Source: Candidatus Spongiihabitans sp. (GTDB lineage Bacteria; Pseudomonadota; Gammaproteobacteria; Arenicellales; Poriferihabitantaceae). Taken from it: a stretch of DNA of 64,000 nucleotides. Location: positions 2,755,086 to 2,819,085 of the forward strand of contig OZ250151.1 of the NCBI GenBank assembly GCA_965237725.1, in the 5' to 3' direction. Made by a program: the position numbers and the translations under genes. Below, piece by piece: positions 8,791-18,929 of this stretch (position 1 is its first letter; every line of letters starts with the position of its first letter). The notes beneath the pieces were generated by a model, which made no database searches, was not told the origin of the DNA, and was given only the letters and a program-made list of their open reading frames with translations.

Positions 8791-8911
8791 GGATACAGTT
8801 GGTGAAATTTAATCTGGTTGCCAGGAAAACGATCAAGAGAAATTATCATCAATAGTGAGACAATACAAATATCTGTAATTACCCATGGATCCCGGATAAG
8901 TGCTACGCACT

Positions 8912-9074
8912 TTGTTCGTATCATCCCTGATACTCACCCCGTGGGGCTACGCCAAATTCTGCTCCCGGCAGAATTTTCCGGGATGACGGTTGGATTAAGT
9001 ACTTCGCATTTGTTCGTATCATCCCTGATACTCACCCCGTTGGGGCTACGCGAAATTCTGCTCCCGGCAGAATT
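8912..9074 (+). repeat. Two spaced copies (8912-8975, 9010-9074) of the 65-bp three-hairpin unit (R1 family), each followed by TTCCGGGATGACG
   Basis: Unit sequence is TTGTTCGTATCATCCCTGATACTCACCCCGTTGGGGCTACGCGAAATTCTGCTCCCGGCAGAATT. It contains hairpins GTATCA-TCCC-TGATAC, CCCC-GTT-GGGG and AATTCTGC-TCCCG-GCAGAATT. The same unit occurs four times in tandem at 19777-20036. Confidence 0.85.
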
Positions 9075-9111
9075 TTCCGGGATGACGACGAGTGGCGGAT
9101 ATAGTCTAATC

Positions 9112-9148
9112 CGTCATTCCGGAAGACCGCAGGTCTATCCGGAATCCA
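9112..9148 (+). repeat. R2 nested-hairpin repeat copy
   Basis: CGTCATTCCGGAAGACCGCAGGTCTATCCGGAATCCA is identical to the copy at 20192-20228 and differs by 1 nt from the copy at 6767-6803. Confidence 0.8.
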
Positions 9149-9215
9149 CCCCTTCAAAACGCGACTTTCTATACCACAAATATACCGAAATCGCCGATAA
9201 AGCAGGACTTATGCA

Positions 9216-9238
9216 ATCAATCGAAATCCGTGATTGAT
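9216..9238. promoter_or_regulatory. 7-9-7 inverted repeat ATCAATC-N9-GATTGAT about 100 bp upstream of soxB; candidate operator
   Basis: Perfect 7-nt arms read directly from the sequence, in the divergent promoter region between the M24 hydrolase gene and soxB. No known consensus is assigned. Confidence 0.25.
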
Positions 9239-9338
9239 AGTCGGCCCGGATTCTGATAAATATGCGCGCCCGATGATTTATACTCATTAATCTGGGATTG
9301 GTGACACACTATATATAGAACATTTTTGGAAACAAGAC

Positions 9339-10604
9339 ATGACTCGATTTTCCGCATGGTCGGTATTTAAACAGGGCCTTGGTGGCCAAAAGGGTTGGGA
9401 ACGTCAATGGCGTGATCCCGAGCCCAAGAAAGAATATGACGTTGTCATCGTCGGCGCAGGATTGCACGGCCTTGCAACTGCTTTTTACCTGGCCAAAAAT
9501 CACGGCGTTAAAAACATTGCCGTGCTCGAGAAAGGCTGGCTCGGCGGCGGCAATGCCGGTCGAAATACCACCATTGTTCGCTCGAATTATATGATGCCCG
9601 GCAATCGGTCATTCTATGAGCATTCATTGAAGCTGTGGGAAAATCTCAGTCACGAGCTCAACTACAATGTGATGTTCAGCCAGCGCTCCCACGTTGGCTT
9701 GTTCCACACCCCTGCTGCCCGGGATGCTGCAGCACGCCGATATAACACCATGCAATTAACCGATACCGACGGTGAATTGTGGAGCCTGGAAAAATTAAAA
9801 AAAGAAATTCCCCACCTGAACTATGACAATGCGCGTTTCCCGATCATTGGTGCGGCAGTACAACCTCGAGCAGGTAATGCCCGTCACGATTCAGTGGCCT
9901 GGGGATATGCTCGGGGTGCGGATCAACAGGGCGTGGATATTATTCAAAATTGTGAAGTAACCGGGGTCACCCGAAAAGACGGGAAAATTACCGCCCTCGA
10001 AACCTCCCGGGGATCTATCGGCGCGGGCAAAGTCGGGTTTGCGGTTGCCGGCCATTCATCACGACTCTGGCAGATGGCTGAGTTGGGTAATCTGCCCATC
10101 GAAACCCATAAGCTCCAGGCATTTGTATCTGAACCAATCAAACCGCTGCTCGATCACGTTGTGGTCTTCGGTGTGGGCGGTGCACATTTTTACATTTCTC
10201 AGTCTGACAAGGGCGGCATGGTATTTGGCGGCGATCTCGACTGGTATAAGTCATACGCCCAACGTGGAAATCTGCCCATCGTCCAGGATGTGGCGGAATG
10301 CGCAACCTCAATTTTGCCCTGCCTCGGACGGGTTCGATTGTTGCGCCACTGGTCTGGTGTAATGGATATGACCATGGATGGTTCTGCATTTATCTGCAAG
10401 ACACCGCTGGAAAATCTATATTTGAATGCGGGCTGGAATTACGGCGGATTCAAAGCGAGCCCGGCTTCTGGTTGGTATTTTGCTGACCTGATCGCCAATG
10501 ACCGGCCAGATCCAACCATTGAACATTTTGACCTCAAACGGTTTGAGCGCGGTGTGATTATCGATGAACGTGGCGCGGGTCCAGACCCCAAATTGCACGG
10601 TTAA
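9339..10604 (+). CDS. soxB: Sarcosine oxidase beta subunit (heterotetrameric type)
   Basis: 421 aa with an FAD Rossmann motif YDVVIVGAGLHGLATAFYLAK. The soxB-D-A-G gene order has short or overlapping junctions. Confidence 0.9.
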   Translation: MTRFSAWSVFKQGLGGQKGWERQWRDPEPKKEYDVVIVGAGLHGLATAFYLAKNHGVKNIAVLEKGWLGGGNAGRNTTIVRSNYMMPGNRSFYEHSLKLWENLSHELNYNVMFSQRSHVGLFHTPAARDAAARRYNTMQLTDTDGELWSLEKLKKEIPHLNYDNARFPIIGAAVQPRAGNARHDSVAWGYARGADQQGVDIIQNCEVTGVTRKDGKITALETSRGSIGAGKVGFAVAGHSSRLWQMAELGNLPIETHKLQAFVSEPIKPLLDHVVVFGVGGAHFYISQSDKGGMVFGGDLDWYKSYAQRGNLPIVQDVAECATSILPCLGRVRLLRHWSGVMDMTMDGSAFICKTPLENLYLNAGWNYGGFKASPASGWYFADLIANDRPDPTIEHFDLKRFERGVIIDERGAGPDPKLHG

Positions 10605-10618
10605 AGCCAGGAATAGAT

Positions 10619-11005
10619 ATGCTTAGAATTAATTGTCCTTTTTGTGGTGAACGCGATCATAGTGAATTTACCTATGGTGGCGATGCCTCTATTGAATACC
10701 CAGCTCTCGATGGCTCCATTGAAGATTGGCATGATGCCGTATTTATGCGCGAGAATATTCTCGGCGTGCAGTCGGAAACCTGGCATCATGCCAGTGGGTG
10801 CAGAATGTGGTTGGTGATCGAACGCAACACCATGACCCATGAAATCCATTCGGTGCGTCCTGCCCACGAGGGCAATGCCGCATCATTGTCACCGTCAGTG
10901 AAGTCTTCAGCAAAAAAGACAAGTTCAAAAAAGACTACCGCCAAAAAGACCGCGTCAAAAAAGGCTGCGTCTAAAAAGACGACAGGCAAGAGGGATAACA
11001 AATGA
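10619..11005 (+). CDS. soxD: Sarcosine oxidase delta subunit with an added Lys-rich pentapeptide-repeat tail
   Basis: The N-terminal 85 aa form a Zn-ribbon-like SoxD core (CPFCGERDHSEF ... HHASGC). The C-terminal tail reads SAKKT SSKKT TAKKT ASKKA ASKKT. The stop overlaps the soxA ATG (ATGA at 11002-11005). Confidence 0.85.
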   Translation: MLRINCPFCGERDHSEFTYGGDASIEYPALDGSIEDWHDAVFMRENILGVQSETWHHASGCRMWLVIERNTMTHEIHSVRPAHEGNAASLSPSVKSSAKKTSSKKTTAKKTASKKAASKKTTGKRDNK

Positions 11006-14004
11006 GTGCGAAACGATTACCGAGCGGTGGGCGAGTCGATCGCAAATCTTATGTCCAGTTTAGCTGGGATGGTAAAGAACTGTCAGGTTATGCAGGGGAT
11101 ACTCTGGCTTCCGCTTTACTGGCTAATGGCGAGCAGGTGCTGGGCAGGAGTTTTAAATATCACCGACCCCGGGGAATTACCTCAGCGGGGGTTGAAGAAT
11201 CTGGCGCAATGGTCACGATTGGCCACGGCAATCGCCAGGACCCCAATGTCAAGGCAACCATGCAGGAGCTGTATGATGGGCTGACGGCGAGGGGGCAAAA
11301 TGCATGGCCCAATGTACGCAATGACGTCAGTGCAATTAATGGATTATTTGGACGATTCTTTTCTGCCGGGTTTTATTACAAAACTTTTATGGGCCCCCGG
11401 GCCGATTGGCTGCCTTTTGGGCTGGGCAGCGGAACCGGCTTATGGATGAAATGTGAAAGCATTATTCGTAAAGCCGCGGGCATGGGCGCTGCTTCCAGAG
11501 AACCCGATCCGGATCATTATGATCATAGCCACGGATTCTGTGATGTGCTGGTTGTAGGTGCAGGACCGGCGGGTATGTCCGCGGCGATTACAGCTGCCAA
11601 AGATGGACTCGAAGTTATGCTGGTTGAGCAAGACTGGGAGTTGGGCGGTGACCTGTTGTCTCAATCCGATGAGGGTGCAGAGAAAATTCGCGCTAATCTC
11701 GCTGCTGAAGTCGAAAAGGCCGGGGTGAAGGTTATGACCCGAACTACCGCTTTTGGATTATATGACTATGGAACCGTTGGTCTGCTAGAAAGAGTTACCG
11801 ATCATCTGTCAAATCCCTCTACGCATATTCCACGGCAGAGATTTTGGACCGTGCGTACAAAACAAATCATTCTGGCTACTGGCGCTCTGGAACGTCAAAT
11901 TGCATTTGGTAATAATGATCGCCCAGGGATAATGACCGCTTCTGCGGGCCGGACTTATCTTAACCGCTACGGTGTATTACCCGGTGAGCGAATTATCGTA
12001 TCCACCAATAACGACTCAGCCTATCAGGTTGCGGCAGATCTGGCCAATGCCGGTGCAAGTGTGAGCCTGCTTGATGCCCGGGCCACGGTTTCCACTTCAT
12101 TAATGGAGTTGGTTGGCCAAAGCGGAGTTAATCTACGAACCCGTTCTGCTGCCATGTGTGCAGCAGGCGGAGGCCGAGTGAGCGGCCTGGAAATTGCAAC
12201 CTGCCACGATAATAATTGGTCTGCCCAAGGATCAGAGTCCTGTGATCTCGTGCTGGTCTCCGGCGGATGGTCTCCGGTAGTCAATCTGATTTCACATCGA
12301 GGGGTCAAGCCGGTGTGGAATGCTGAGCAAGCTTGTTTTGTGGGCCCGGATACCAGTGAACCTATAACCATGGCGGGTTCAGCCGCGGCAATCTGGAATA
12401 CAAAAGATTGTATTACTTCGGGGGTATCTGCTGGCGCCCTTGCCGCTAAGTCACTTGGCAGTGACTGCAGGCAAAAATCCGCACCTAAAGTGGGTGGATG
12501 GGAAACGCCCATTGAACCGGTTTATGAAATCAAAGTCGCGGGGAGAAAACTCAAATGCTTTGTAGACCCTCAACACGACGTCACCACCGATGATATTCGA
12601 CTGGCACACCAGGAAGGCTTCGTGTCCGTTGAACATTTAAAGCGCTATACCACACTTGGCATGGCGACGGATGGCGGTAAGGTCGGAAATATAATTGGTC
12701 TGGCCTTGATGGCGGAAGCCATGGGCAAAGAAATTCCCGAAGTGGGTACAACCACTTTCCGACCCCCTTATACCCCGGTTTCCATCGGCGCATTAAAAGG
12801 TCGAAACGTCGATGAGCATTTCCGCGCACTACGTCGCACACCCATGCATGACTGGAATTTGGCCCATGGTGCGACTATGACCATGGCAGGACTGTGGCAT
12901 CGCCCGTGGTATTTTGCCAGGGCAGGAGAAGGGATTACCGAGGCCTATATTCGCGAAACCGAAACTACCCGAATAACTGTGGGATTATGCGATGTAACCT
13001 CTCTGGGAAAAATTGCGGTGCAGGGTCCGGGTGCAACAGAATTCCTCAATCGGATTTATACTAACCCGTTTGCCAAATTGGCCATCGGTAAAGCGCGCTA
13101 CGGCATCATGCTGCGTGATGATGGCATCGTTATGGATGACGGCACAACCTGGCGACTTTCCGAGCACGATTATTTTATGACTACCACCACAGCCCATGCC
13201 GGCAAGGTGATGGTCTGGCTGGAAGAATTATTGCAAACCCGGTGGCAGGATTTAAAAGTTCACCTGACTTCTGTTTCCGAGCAATGGGCGGGCAGTGCGG
13301 TGGCGGGACCCAGGTCCCGCGAAGTGTTGAAGGCCTGTGTGGAAGATCCTGGGGTGATGGAAGATGAGGTGTTTCCGTTTATGGGGGTTATCGAAACCAC
13401 CCTTAGTGGCGGGATTCCCTGCCGAATTGCCAGAATTAGCTTCTCCGGCGAAATGGCATTCGAGGTCTATGTCCCTTCAGATTATTCTGAACCATTAATG
13501 GATATGTTATGGGCTGCATCTGAACCCCTGGGTGGCTGTTTATATGGAACGGAAGCTTTGGGTGCCATGCGAATTGAAAAAGGTCATGTTACTGGTGCCG
13601 AGCTCGATGGCCGGGTCACCATAGATGATGCTGGTCTCGGCAAAATGGCCTCGCCGAATAAATCGTTTATCGGCAGTGTATTGCGCAACCGACCCGAACT
13701 GGTTCGCGAAGATCGACCGCGTCTGGTAGGTATAAAACCAAAGAATACCAGCGAAAAATTTAATGCCGGTGCAATTTTGTGTAAGCAGGACGAAGTGTCC
13801 GGATTGGGTGAAGGCTGGATTACCGCAGTAACCCATTCACCCGCTATGGGGCACTGGATTGGATTGGGTTTTATTGCCAGCGGTTACGAGGCCTGGGAAG
13901 GAAAAACCGTTATTGCCGCGGATCCAGTGCGCGAAGGTAATATCGAGGTTGAAATAATTTCACCGCATATGTATGACCCAAGTGGAGAGAGAATGCATGG
14001 TTGA
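11002..14004 (+). CDS. soxA: Sarcosine oxidase alpha subunit
   Basis: 1000 aa. An N-terminal 2Fe-2S-like/SoxA region is followed by the NAD/FAD Rossmann motif DVLVVGAGPAGMSAA. The C-terminal GcvT-like folate-binding domain includes LCDVTSLGKIAVQGP. Confidence 0.9.
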   Translation: MSAKRLPSGGRVDRKSYVQFSWDGKELSGYAGDTLASALLANGEQVLGRSFKYHRPRGITSAGVEESGAMVTIGHGNRQDPNVKATMQELYDGLTARGQNAWPNVRNDVSAINGLFGRFFSAGFYYKTFMGPRADWLPFGLGSGTGLWMKCESIIRKAAGMGAASREPDPDHYDHSHGFCDVLVVGAGPAGMSAAITAAKDGLEVMLVEQDWELGGDLLSQSDEGAEKIRANLAAEVEKAGVKVMTRTTAFGLYDYGTVGLLERVTDHLSNPSTHIPRQRFWTVRTKQIILATGALERQIAFGNNDRPGIMTASAGRTYLNRYGVLPGERIIVSTNNDSAYQVAADLANAGASVSLLDARATVSTSLMELVGQSGVNLRTRSAAMCAAGGGRVSGLEIATCHDNNWSAQGSESCDLVLVSGGWSPVVNLISHRGVKPVWNAEQACFVGPDTSEPITMAGSAAAIWNTKDCITSGVSAGALAAKSLGSDCRQKSAPKVGGWETPIEPVYEIKVAGRKLKCFVDPQHDVTTDDIRLAHQEGFVSVEHLKRYTTLGMATDGGKVGNIIGLALMAEAMGKEIPEVGTTTFRPPYTPVSIGALKGRNVDEHFRALRRTPMHDWNLAHGATMTMAGLWHRPWYFARAGEGITEAYIRETETTRITVGLCDVTSLGKIAVQGPGATEFLNRIYTNPFAKLAIGKARYGIMLRDDGIVMDDGTTWRLSEHDYFMTTTTAHAGKVMVWLEELLQTRWQDLKVHLTSVSEQWAGSAVAGPRSREVLKACVEDPGVMEDEVFPFMGVIETTLSGGIPCRIARISFSGEMAFEVYVPSDYSEPLMDMLWAASEPLGGCLYGTEALGAMRIEKGHVTGAELDGRVTIDDAGLGKMASPNKSFIGSVLRNRPELVREDRPRLVGIKPKNTSEKFNAGAILCKQDEVSGLGEGWITAVTHSPAMGHWIGLGFIASGYEAWEGKTVIAADPVREGNIEVEIISPHMYDPSGERMHG

Positions 14005-14596
14005 TTCAGCACTGAATGAAAGTGGTAAAGCATCCAGGGTGTCGGCGTTAGCCGGACATTATAATGCTGGGCGGTTTGGTGAAGGTATGCCCGATGAAGA
14101 TCCAGGGGTAATCCTGCAGGATATGCATGGATTAATTCTTCATCAGGTCGCGACCTGGCCCGAAGCCATGGTAAAGGCGGGGGATGCGGCGGCGGCAATG
14201 GTCGGCGCCAAAAACGTACCGGGACCCTGTGCGGCAATCACTGGAAGCAAAGGCGCGCTACTGCGCATCGAACCCCTGAAGTGGTGGGTCTATGGCAGCG
14301 ATGCACCAACCCTGACCCCAGAACAAGGGGCTACTCTAGATTTATCCCATTCCCGCACCCACGTCCGGGTTAGTGGCGAGGATGCGGCATTATTTTTGAA
14401 TCGTCTGGTTTCTCTGGATTTAAGAGAAAAGTCTTTCCCTGTGGGCTCGGTCGCTTCTACCGCATTTCATCATTGCGGGATCACCCTTTGGCGATCCGAT
14501 GATGGTTATGAATTGTTTCTACCCCGGGGGTTTGCCTTGGCGTTATGGGAAATGATGGTCGAGATTGCTGAGCAGTTTGGGGTTGAGGTTATTTAA
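13997..14596 (+). CDS. soxG: Sarcosine oxidase gamma subunit
   Basis: The track ORF starts at 13973. ATG 13997 (MVDSALNE) is preferred because GGAGAGAG lies 7-14 nt upstream. Size and position after soxA fit soxG. Confidence 0.8.
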   Translation: MVDSALNESGKASRVSALAGHYNAGRFGEGMPDEDPGVILQDMHGLILHQVATWPEAMVKAGDAAAAMVGAKNVPGPCAAITGSKGALLRIEPLKWWVYGSDAPTLTPEQGATLDLSHSRTHVRVSGEDAALFLNRLVSLDLREKSFPVGSVASTAFHHCGITLWRSDDGYELFLPRGFALALWEMMVEIAEQFGVEVI

Positions 14597-14626
14597 TTTA
14601 TCGCGGTACAAAACAATCGATGACTG

Positions 14627-14663
14627 TGGATTCCGGATTGGTTTCCAGCCTTCCGCAATGACG
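14627..14663 (-). repeat. Degenerate reverse-orientation copy of the R2 hairpin repeat
   Basis: TGGATTCCGGATTGGTTTCCAGCCTTCCGCAATGACG shares the TGGATTCCGGA and AATGACG termini with the reverse complement of R2. Confidence 0.5.
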
Positions 14664-14694
14664 GGTGAAGAGGTTTCCTTCGCTAGTTCTTTAC

Positions 14695-15042
14695 CTATAC
14701 CGCCGCAATAACCCCAATCTCCACCAGCAATCCCGGGGCTGCCAGTCGCGCTTCGATGCAAGCCCGGGCCGGGGCATGACCTTCGGGAACCCATGCGTCC
14801 CAGACTTTATTCATTTCACCAAAATAGGCGATGCTGGATAACCAGATTTGCACACTCAGCATTTTAGTTTTATCGCTGCCGACTTCTGCAAGTAGATTAT
14901 CAATTTTTTCCAGCACCTGTTCGGTCTGCACAGTAATGTCTGCTGAACCATCGTTCGCAACCTGTCCTGCCAGATAAACAGTGTCGCCGTGAACAACGGA
15001 TTGGCTCATGCGGGCTTTGGTATGGTTTCTGGTAATACTCAT
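14695..15042 (-). CDS. Rid/YjgF-family protein (Arg-containing, imine-deaminase-type)
   Basis: 115 aa with a YjgF fold pattern. PARACIEARL retains the Arg that is diagnostic of imine-hydrolysing Rid members. Confidence 0.75.
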   Translation of the reverse strand: MSITRNHTKARMSQSVVHGDTVYLAGQVANDGSADITVQTEQVLEKIDNLLAEVGSDKTKMLSVQIWLSSIAYFGEMNKVWDAWVPEGHAPARACIEARLAAPGLLVEIGVIAAV

Positions 15043-15167
15043 TATGTAATTCCTGTGGGTTAAATAACTCTAGTTTAAATCAATCTGGTGTGTTGAATAA
15101 AATTTATAGAAAATTTAGTTTTAGTTTTTCTGGTGATTAAAGCACCAGATAGATTTGTTAAGCCTGA

Positions 15168-16079
15168 TTAAAAATCCCCTGTCATTTTCAAATTCTTCGA
15201 CATCATCATCAGATTTTTGTCCCGCCAGTTTTCCAGGGCGTCCATGTCCTGATTCCGGGTCATTTTTTGAACCGAATCGAGCAGGTTTTGGCGAGCATCA
15301 TCGCTGCCACGAAATCCAAATTGATCGATCATGGCTTCCAGCCCACCTTTGCCGCCGCCGAGGTGATAACACATGGCTGGACCAGCGAAAGCCCAGCGTA
15401 GACCAGGGCCATAACACATAGCGTCATCGATATCCGAGAAATCACAAATGCCCGCTTCTACCAATGCAGTGGCTTCGTCCAGCACCACATCCTGTAATCG
15501 GTTGGCAATATAGGAGTTAATTTCTTTTTTCAGTCGCAAAGATTTTTTACCGATAGAATCGTAAAACGACATCGCCCAGTCCATCACGGCCGGATCAGTT
15601 TTTTCGCCGCCAACTACTTCAACCAGTGGCATTAAATAGGATGGAGCAAAAGGATGGCCAACAATACATCTTTGGGGATGCAGACATTCACTGGCAAGGC
15701 GGGTCGGCAGGAAGTCCGATGACGAGCTGGCGATTATGCAATCTGCGGGGGCATGGGTATCGATTTCCTTGAAAAGTGCAATTTTTAATTCTTCCCGATC
15801 AGGGGCGCTTTCCTGGATAAAGTCAGCACCTTTTACCGCTTCAGAAAGGTCGGTAGTAAATTGAAGATTAGATTTGTTTTTATCACCGCAGCCATTGAGC
15901 TCAGATACGATTGGCCATGCGTCATCTACAACCCGATGCACGTTTTGCTCTGCGTCCGCACCTGGGTCTGTGGCGATAACATTAAAACCCCGGGACAGAT
16001 AATACGCTGCCCAGCCGGCACCAATGGTGCCAGCGCCCACACAGGTAATCTGTGTTACATTTTCAATCGTAGTTCTCAT
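15168..16079 (-). CDS. 3-hydroxyacyl-CoA dehydrogenase family, L-carnitine dehydrogenase-like
   Basis: 303 aa with an N-terminal Rossmann motif ITCVGAGTIGAGWAAYYLSRGFNVIATDP. Overall it resembles LcdH-type enzymes. Confidence 0.6.
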   Translation of the reverse strand: MRTTIENVTQITCVGAGTIGAGWAAYYLSRGFNVIATDPGADAEQNVHRVVDDAWPIVSELNGCGDKNKSNLQFTTDLSEAVKGADFIQESAPDREELKIALFKEIDTHAPADCIIASSSSDFLPTRLASECLHPQRCIVGHPFAPSYLMPLVEVVGGEKTDPAVMDWAMSFYDSIGKKSLRLKKEINSYIANRLQDVVLDEATALVEAGICDFSDIDDAMCYGPGLRWAFAGPAMCYHLGGGKGGLEAMIDQFGFRGSDDARQNLLDSVQKMTRNQDMDALENWRDKNLMMMSKNLKMTGDF

Positions 16080-16245
16080 ATTGTTCTAACCCTTATAAAT
16101 TTCGTGAATATCATTTCTGGCCTATTCTATGTTATTCCATCAATCTCAATTAAAACAATTTGAAAGGGCTTTGTTGGCAGTAAAACTTTGATTTGATCGG
16201 ACAATTCGGGTTAAATCAGCAGTACAAATTGCGAGTTAATTTACA

Positions 16246-17253
16246 ATGGCCCAAGCATCCAACGCACAACCGAAGTCCAGGCCAAAAGGCCCTTGGAACT
16301 GGCATCCGCCCCTTCCATTGAAAATGCCGCCGATTTTTGTCTGGCCACCCCAGCCAATTGGCGCGCTCAAATATTTACTCGGTCGCGGATTTTTATTGTC
16401 CCAGCAAATGTTCAATGTATTGCTGGCGGTATTAACCTGGATTTATCTTGCCCCCGGGATGGAACAATGGAAAACCTTTTCCTTCGACTGGATCTGGCAG
16501 GTTTTCGCAATAAACATTGGTTTGTCGATATTAATTGCCGGCGGATTGCATCTGTATTTCCATACCTGGAAGTGTCAGGGTGATGTGGAAAAATATGATC
16601 ACCGCGAGCTCGCCAGGAACAACAAGGCGTTCCTGTTCAACAACCAGGTCTGGGATAATATTTTCTGGAGTCTGGTCAGCGGCGTCACAATCTGGAGCGC
16701 ATACCTGGTGGTGTTTATGTGGGCCTATGCCAATGGTTATTTATTCTGGAATGACTGGAATACAAACCCGTATTGGTTTGTGGCCATGTTTTTCCTGCTG
16801 ACTTTTTGGGAGTCTATGCATTTTTATTTTGTCCATCGCCTGATTCACTGGCCGCCGCTGTACAAAATTGCCCACGCCCTGCATCATAAGAATGTCACCA
16901 TCGGACCCTGGTCCGGTCTGGCTATGCATCCCATTGAACACATCTTATATTTCAGTACTATCCTGATTCATTTGGTGGTGGCATCCCATCCCATACATAT
17001 GTTCTACCATATGTATGTCACTGGCATTTCCGCCTACACCGGTCACGTCGGCTATGAAACCCTGGTGCTAAAAGGCAAATCTACTATCGGAATCGCCAAT
17101 TTATTTCATCATTTGCACCATCGATATTTTGAATGCAATTACGGCACGCCCTATATGCCCTGGGATAAATGGCTGGGCACTATGCACGACGGTACCCCTG
17201 ACGACACTGTACGGATCGCCAAACGCCGAATGGCCATGCATGCCAAAAGCTAG
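16246..17253 (+). CDS. Fatty acid hydroxylase / sterol desaturase superfamily membrane di-iron enzyme
   Basis: 335 aa with several TM segments and His boxes HRLIHW, HALHHKN and HHLHHRY. Confidence 0.7.
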   Translation: MAQASNAQPKSRPKGPWNWHPPLPLKMPPIFVWPPQPIGALKYLLGRGFLLSQQMFNVLLAVLTWIYLAPGMEQWKTFSFDWIWQVFAINIGLSILIAGGLHLYFHTWKCQGDVEKYDHRELARNNKAFLFNNQVWDNIFWSLVSGVTIWSAYLVVFMWAYANGYLFWNDWNTNPYWFVAMFFLLTFWESMHFYFVHRLIHWPPLYKIAHALHHKNVTIGPWSGLAMHPIEHILYFSTILIHLVVASHPIHMFYHMYVTGISAYTGHVGYETLVLKGKSTIGIANLFHHLHHRYFECNYGTPYMPWDKWLGTMHDGTPDDTVRIAKRRMAMHAKS

Positions 17254-17273
17254 CGAGTGAAGGCGTAGTTGGT

Positions 17274-18899
17274 ATGAGTCATTCAGAGGCATATGGTTAT
17301 CCGCTTTTAATCAAGCAAATCCTTCTCACCCCACTGGCTAACGCGCCAGATCAGGAAATAGTCAGTGGCGAATCAAAGCGTCACAGTTACAAAGCGTTCT
17401 ATGAACGAATTTGTAAACTGGCTAATGGATTGACTTCTCTTGGAGTCGGCATGGGCAATACCGTGGCAGTTATGGACTGGGATAACCATCGCTATCTGGA
17501 ATGTTATTTCGTTGTGCCCATGCTTGGGGCGATTCTGCATACCGTGAATGTTCGACTTTCGCCAGAGCAAATTCTTTATACCATTAATCACGCAGACGAT
17601 GATGTGATCCTGGTTCATGCTGATTTTGTGCCAATCATCGAACAAATCAGGGATCGGATTGAGCGACCGATAAAGTGGATTTTTATACAGGATGATGGCG
17701 AGGTGTCATTGCCCGATGGGTTTGATGTGGAATACGAAACCCTACTGAATTCTGTTAGTGATGAAATTGAATTCGCGGATTTCGACGAAAACACCAGGGC
17801 GACGACATTTTATACCACAGGTACCACGGGTGATCCTAAAGGTGTTGCCTATACCCATCGACAGCTTGTGTTACATACCCTGGGACTAATTGCCGCATTT
17901 TCCACTGCATCGGGAAACAATCGTTTTCACAAGGGCGACGTCTATATGCTGATGACACCGATGTTTCATGTCCATGGCTGGGGTATGCCCTATGCCGCAA
18001 CCCTGCTTGGGGTCAAACAGGTTTATCCTGGGCGATACGAACCTGCGAAACTATTGCGCCTGATTGAAAAAGAGGGTTCCACTTATTCACACTGCGTGCC
18101 AACAATTTTACAAATGTTATTGTCTGCACCAGAAGCGGCCGAGGTTGATCTGTCAAAATTAAAAATGATTATTGGTGGTGCAGCGTTACCCGAAGGCTTG
18201 AGTAAAATAGCTGCAGATCTTGGGATTGAACTTTTTACAGGTTATGGTCTATCCGAAACCTGCCCTATTATGACCACCTCGGATTTAACCCACAATCACT
18301 ATCCCCGAGGTTCCGACGAAGACCTGGCCATGCGACGCAAACCGGGAAAGCCCGCTGCCCTTGTGGAGGTTCGGGTTGTGGATGAAGACATGAATGACAT
18401 TCCACGGGATGGCAAGACAACTGGAGAGATCGTCACCCGTTCACCGTGGCTGACCCAGACCTATACCAAAAACCCTGAAGCTACGGTCGCGCTGTGGAAG
18501 GGGGGTTATTTGCATACCGGGGATGTTGGCTATTTTGATGAAACCAATTCACTGTTAATCACCGATCGAATCAAAGACGTAATTAAATCTGGTGGAGAAT
18601 GGCTTTCCTCCCTGGATCTGGAAAACATCGTTTCGCGGTGTGATGGCGTGGCCGAGGTCGCGGCCATTGGCATTACTGATGAACGTTGGGGGGAACGCCC
18701 CATGCTGGTTGTTGCGCGCAGTGATAGTGATGAGGAAATTAGCGCTGATGAAATTCGTCATGCCATTGGTGTCCATGTGGACAGCGGTGAGCTATCCAAA
18801 TGGGCAATACCAGAGAGAATCGAATTTGTCGATCAGATCGATAAAACCAGCGTGGGTAAACTGGATAAAAAGGTTTTACGTGCCCGCTATTCAAACTAA
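17274..18899 (+). CDS. AMP-forming acyl-CoA ligase, medium-chain / 3-methylmercaptopropionate-CoA ligase (DmdB)-like
   Basis: 541 aa with ANL motifs YTTGTTGDPKGV, GYGLSET and GDVGYFD. It lies immediately upstream of a DddL-like gene. Confidence 0.7.
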   Translation: MSHSEAYGYPLLIKQILLTPLANAPDQEIVSGESKRHSYKAFYERICKLANGLTSLGVGMGNTVAVMDWDNHRYLECYFVVPMLGAILHTVNVRLSPEQILYTINHADDDVILVHADFVPIIEQIRDRIERPIKWIFIQDDGEVSLPDGFDVEYETLLNSVSDEIEFADFDENTRATTFYTTGTTGDPKGVAYTHRQLVLHTLGLIAAFSTASGNNRFHKGDVYMLMTPMFHVHGWGMPYAATLLGVKQVYPGRYEPAKLLRLIEKEGSTYSHCVPTILQMLLSAPEAAEVDLSKLKMIIGGAALPEGLSKIAADLGIELFTGYGLSETCPIMTTSDLTHNHYPRGSDEDLAMRRKPGKPAALVEVRVVDEDMNDIPRDGKTTGEIVTRSPWLTQTYTKNPEATVALWKGGYLHTGDVGYFDETNSLLITDRIKDVIKSGGEWLSSLDLENIVSRCDGVAEVAAIGITDERWGERPMLVVARSDSDEEISADEIRHAIGVHVDSGELSKWAIPERIEFVDQIDKTSVGKLDKKVLRARYSN

Positions 18900-18929
18900 T
18901 TGGGCAGACTAATTGATTAGGCAGGTGCA

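Noticed and set aside
8818-9237. 139-aa ORF in the track, and similar ORFs at 19929-20138 and 19994-20197
   Set aside because: They lie entirely over the intergenic hairpin repeats. Their sequences are repeat-derived, for example a duplicated ILLPAEFSGMT. There is no start context or domain signal. They are spurious.
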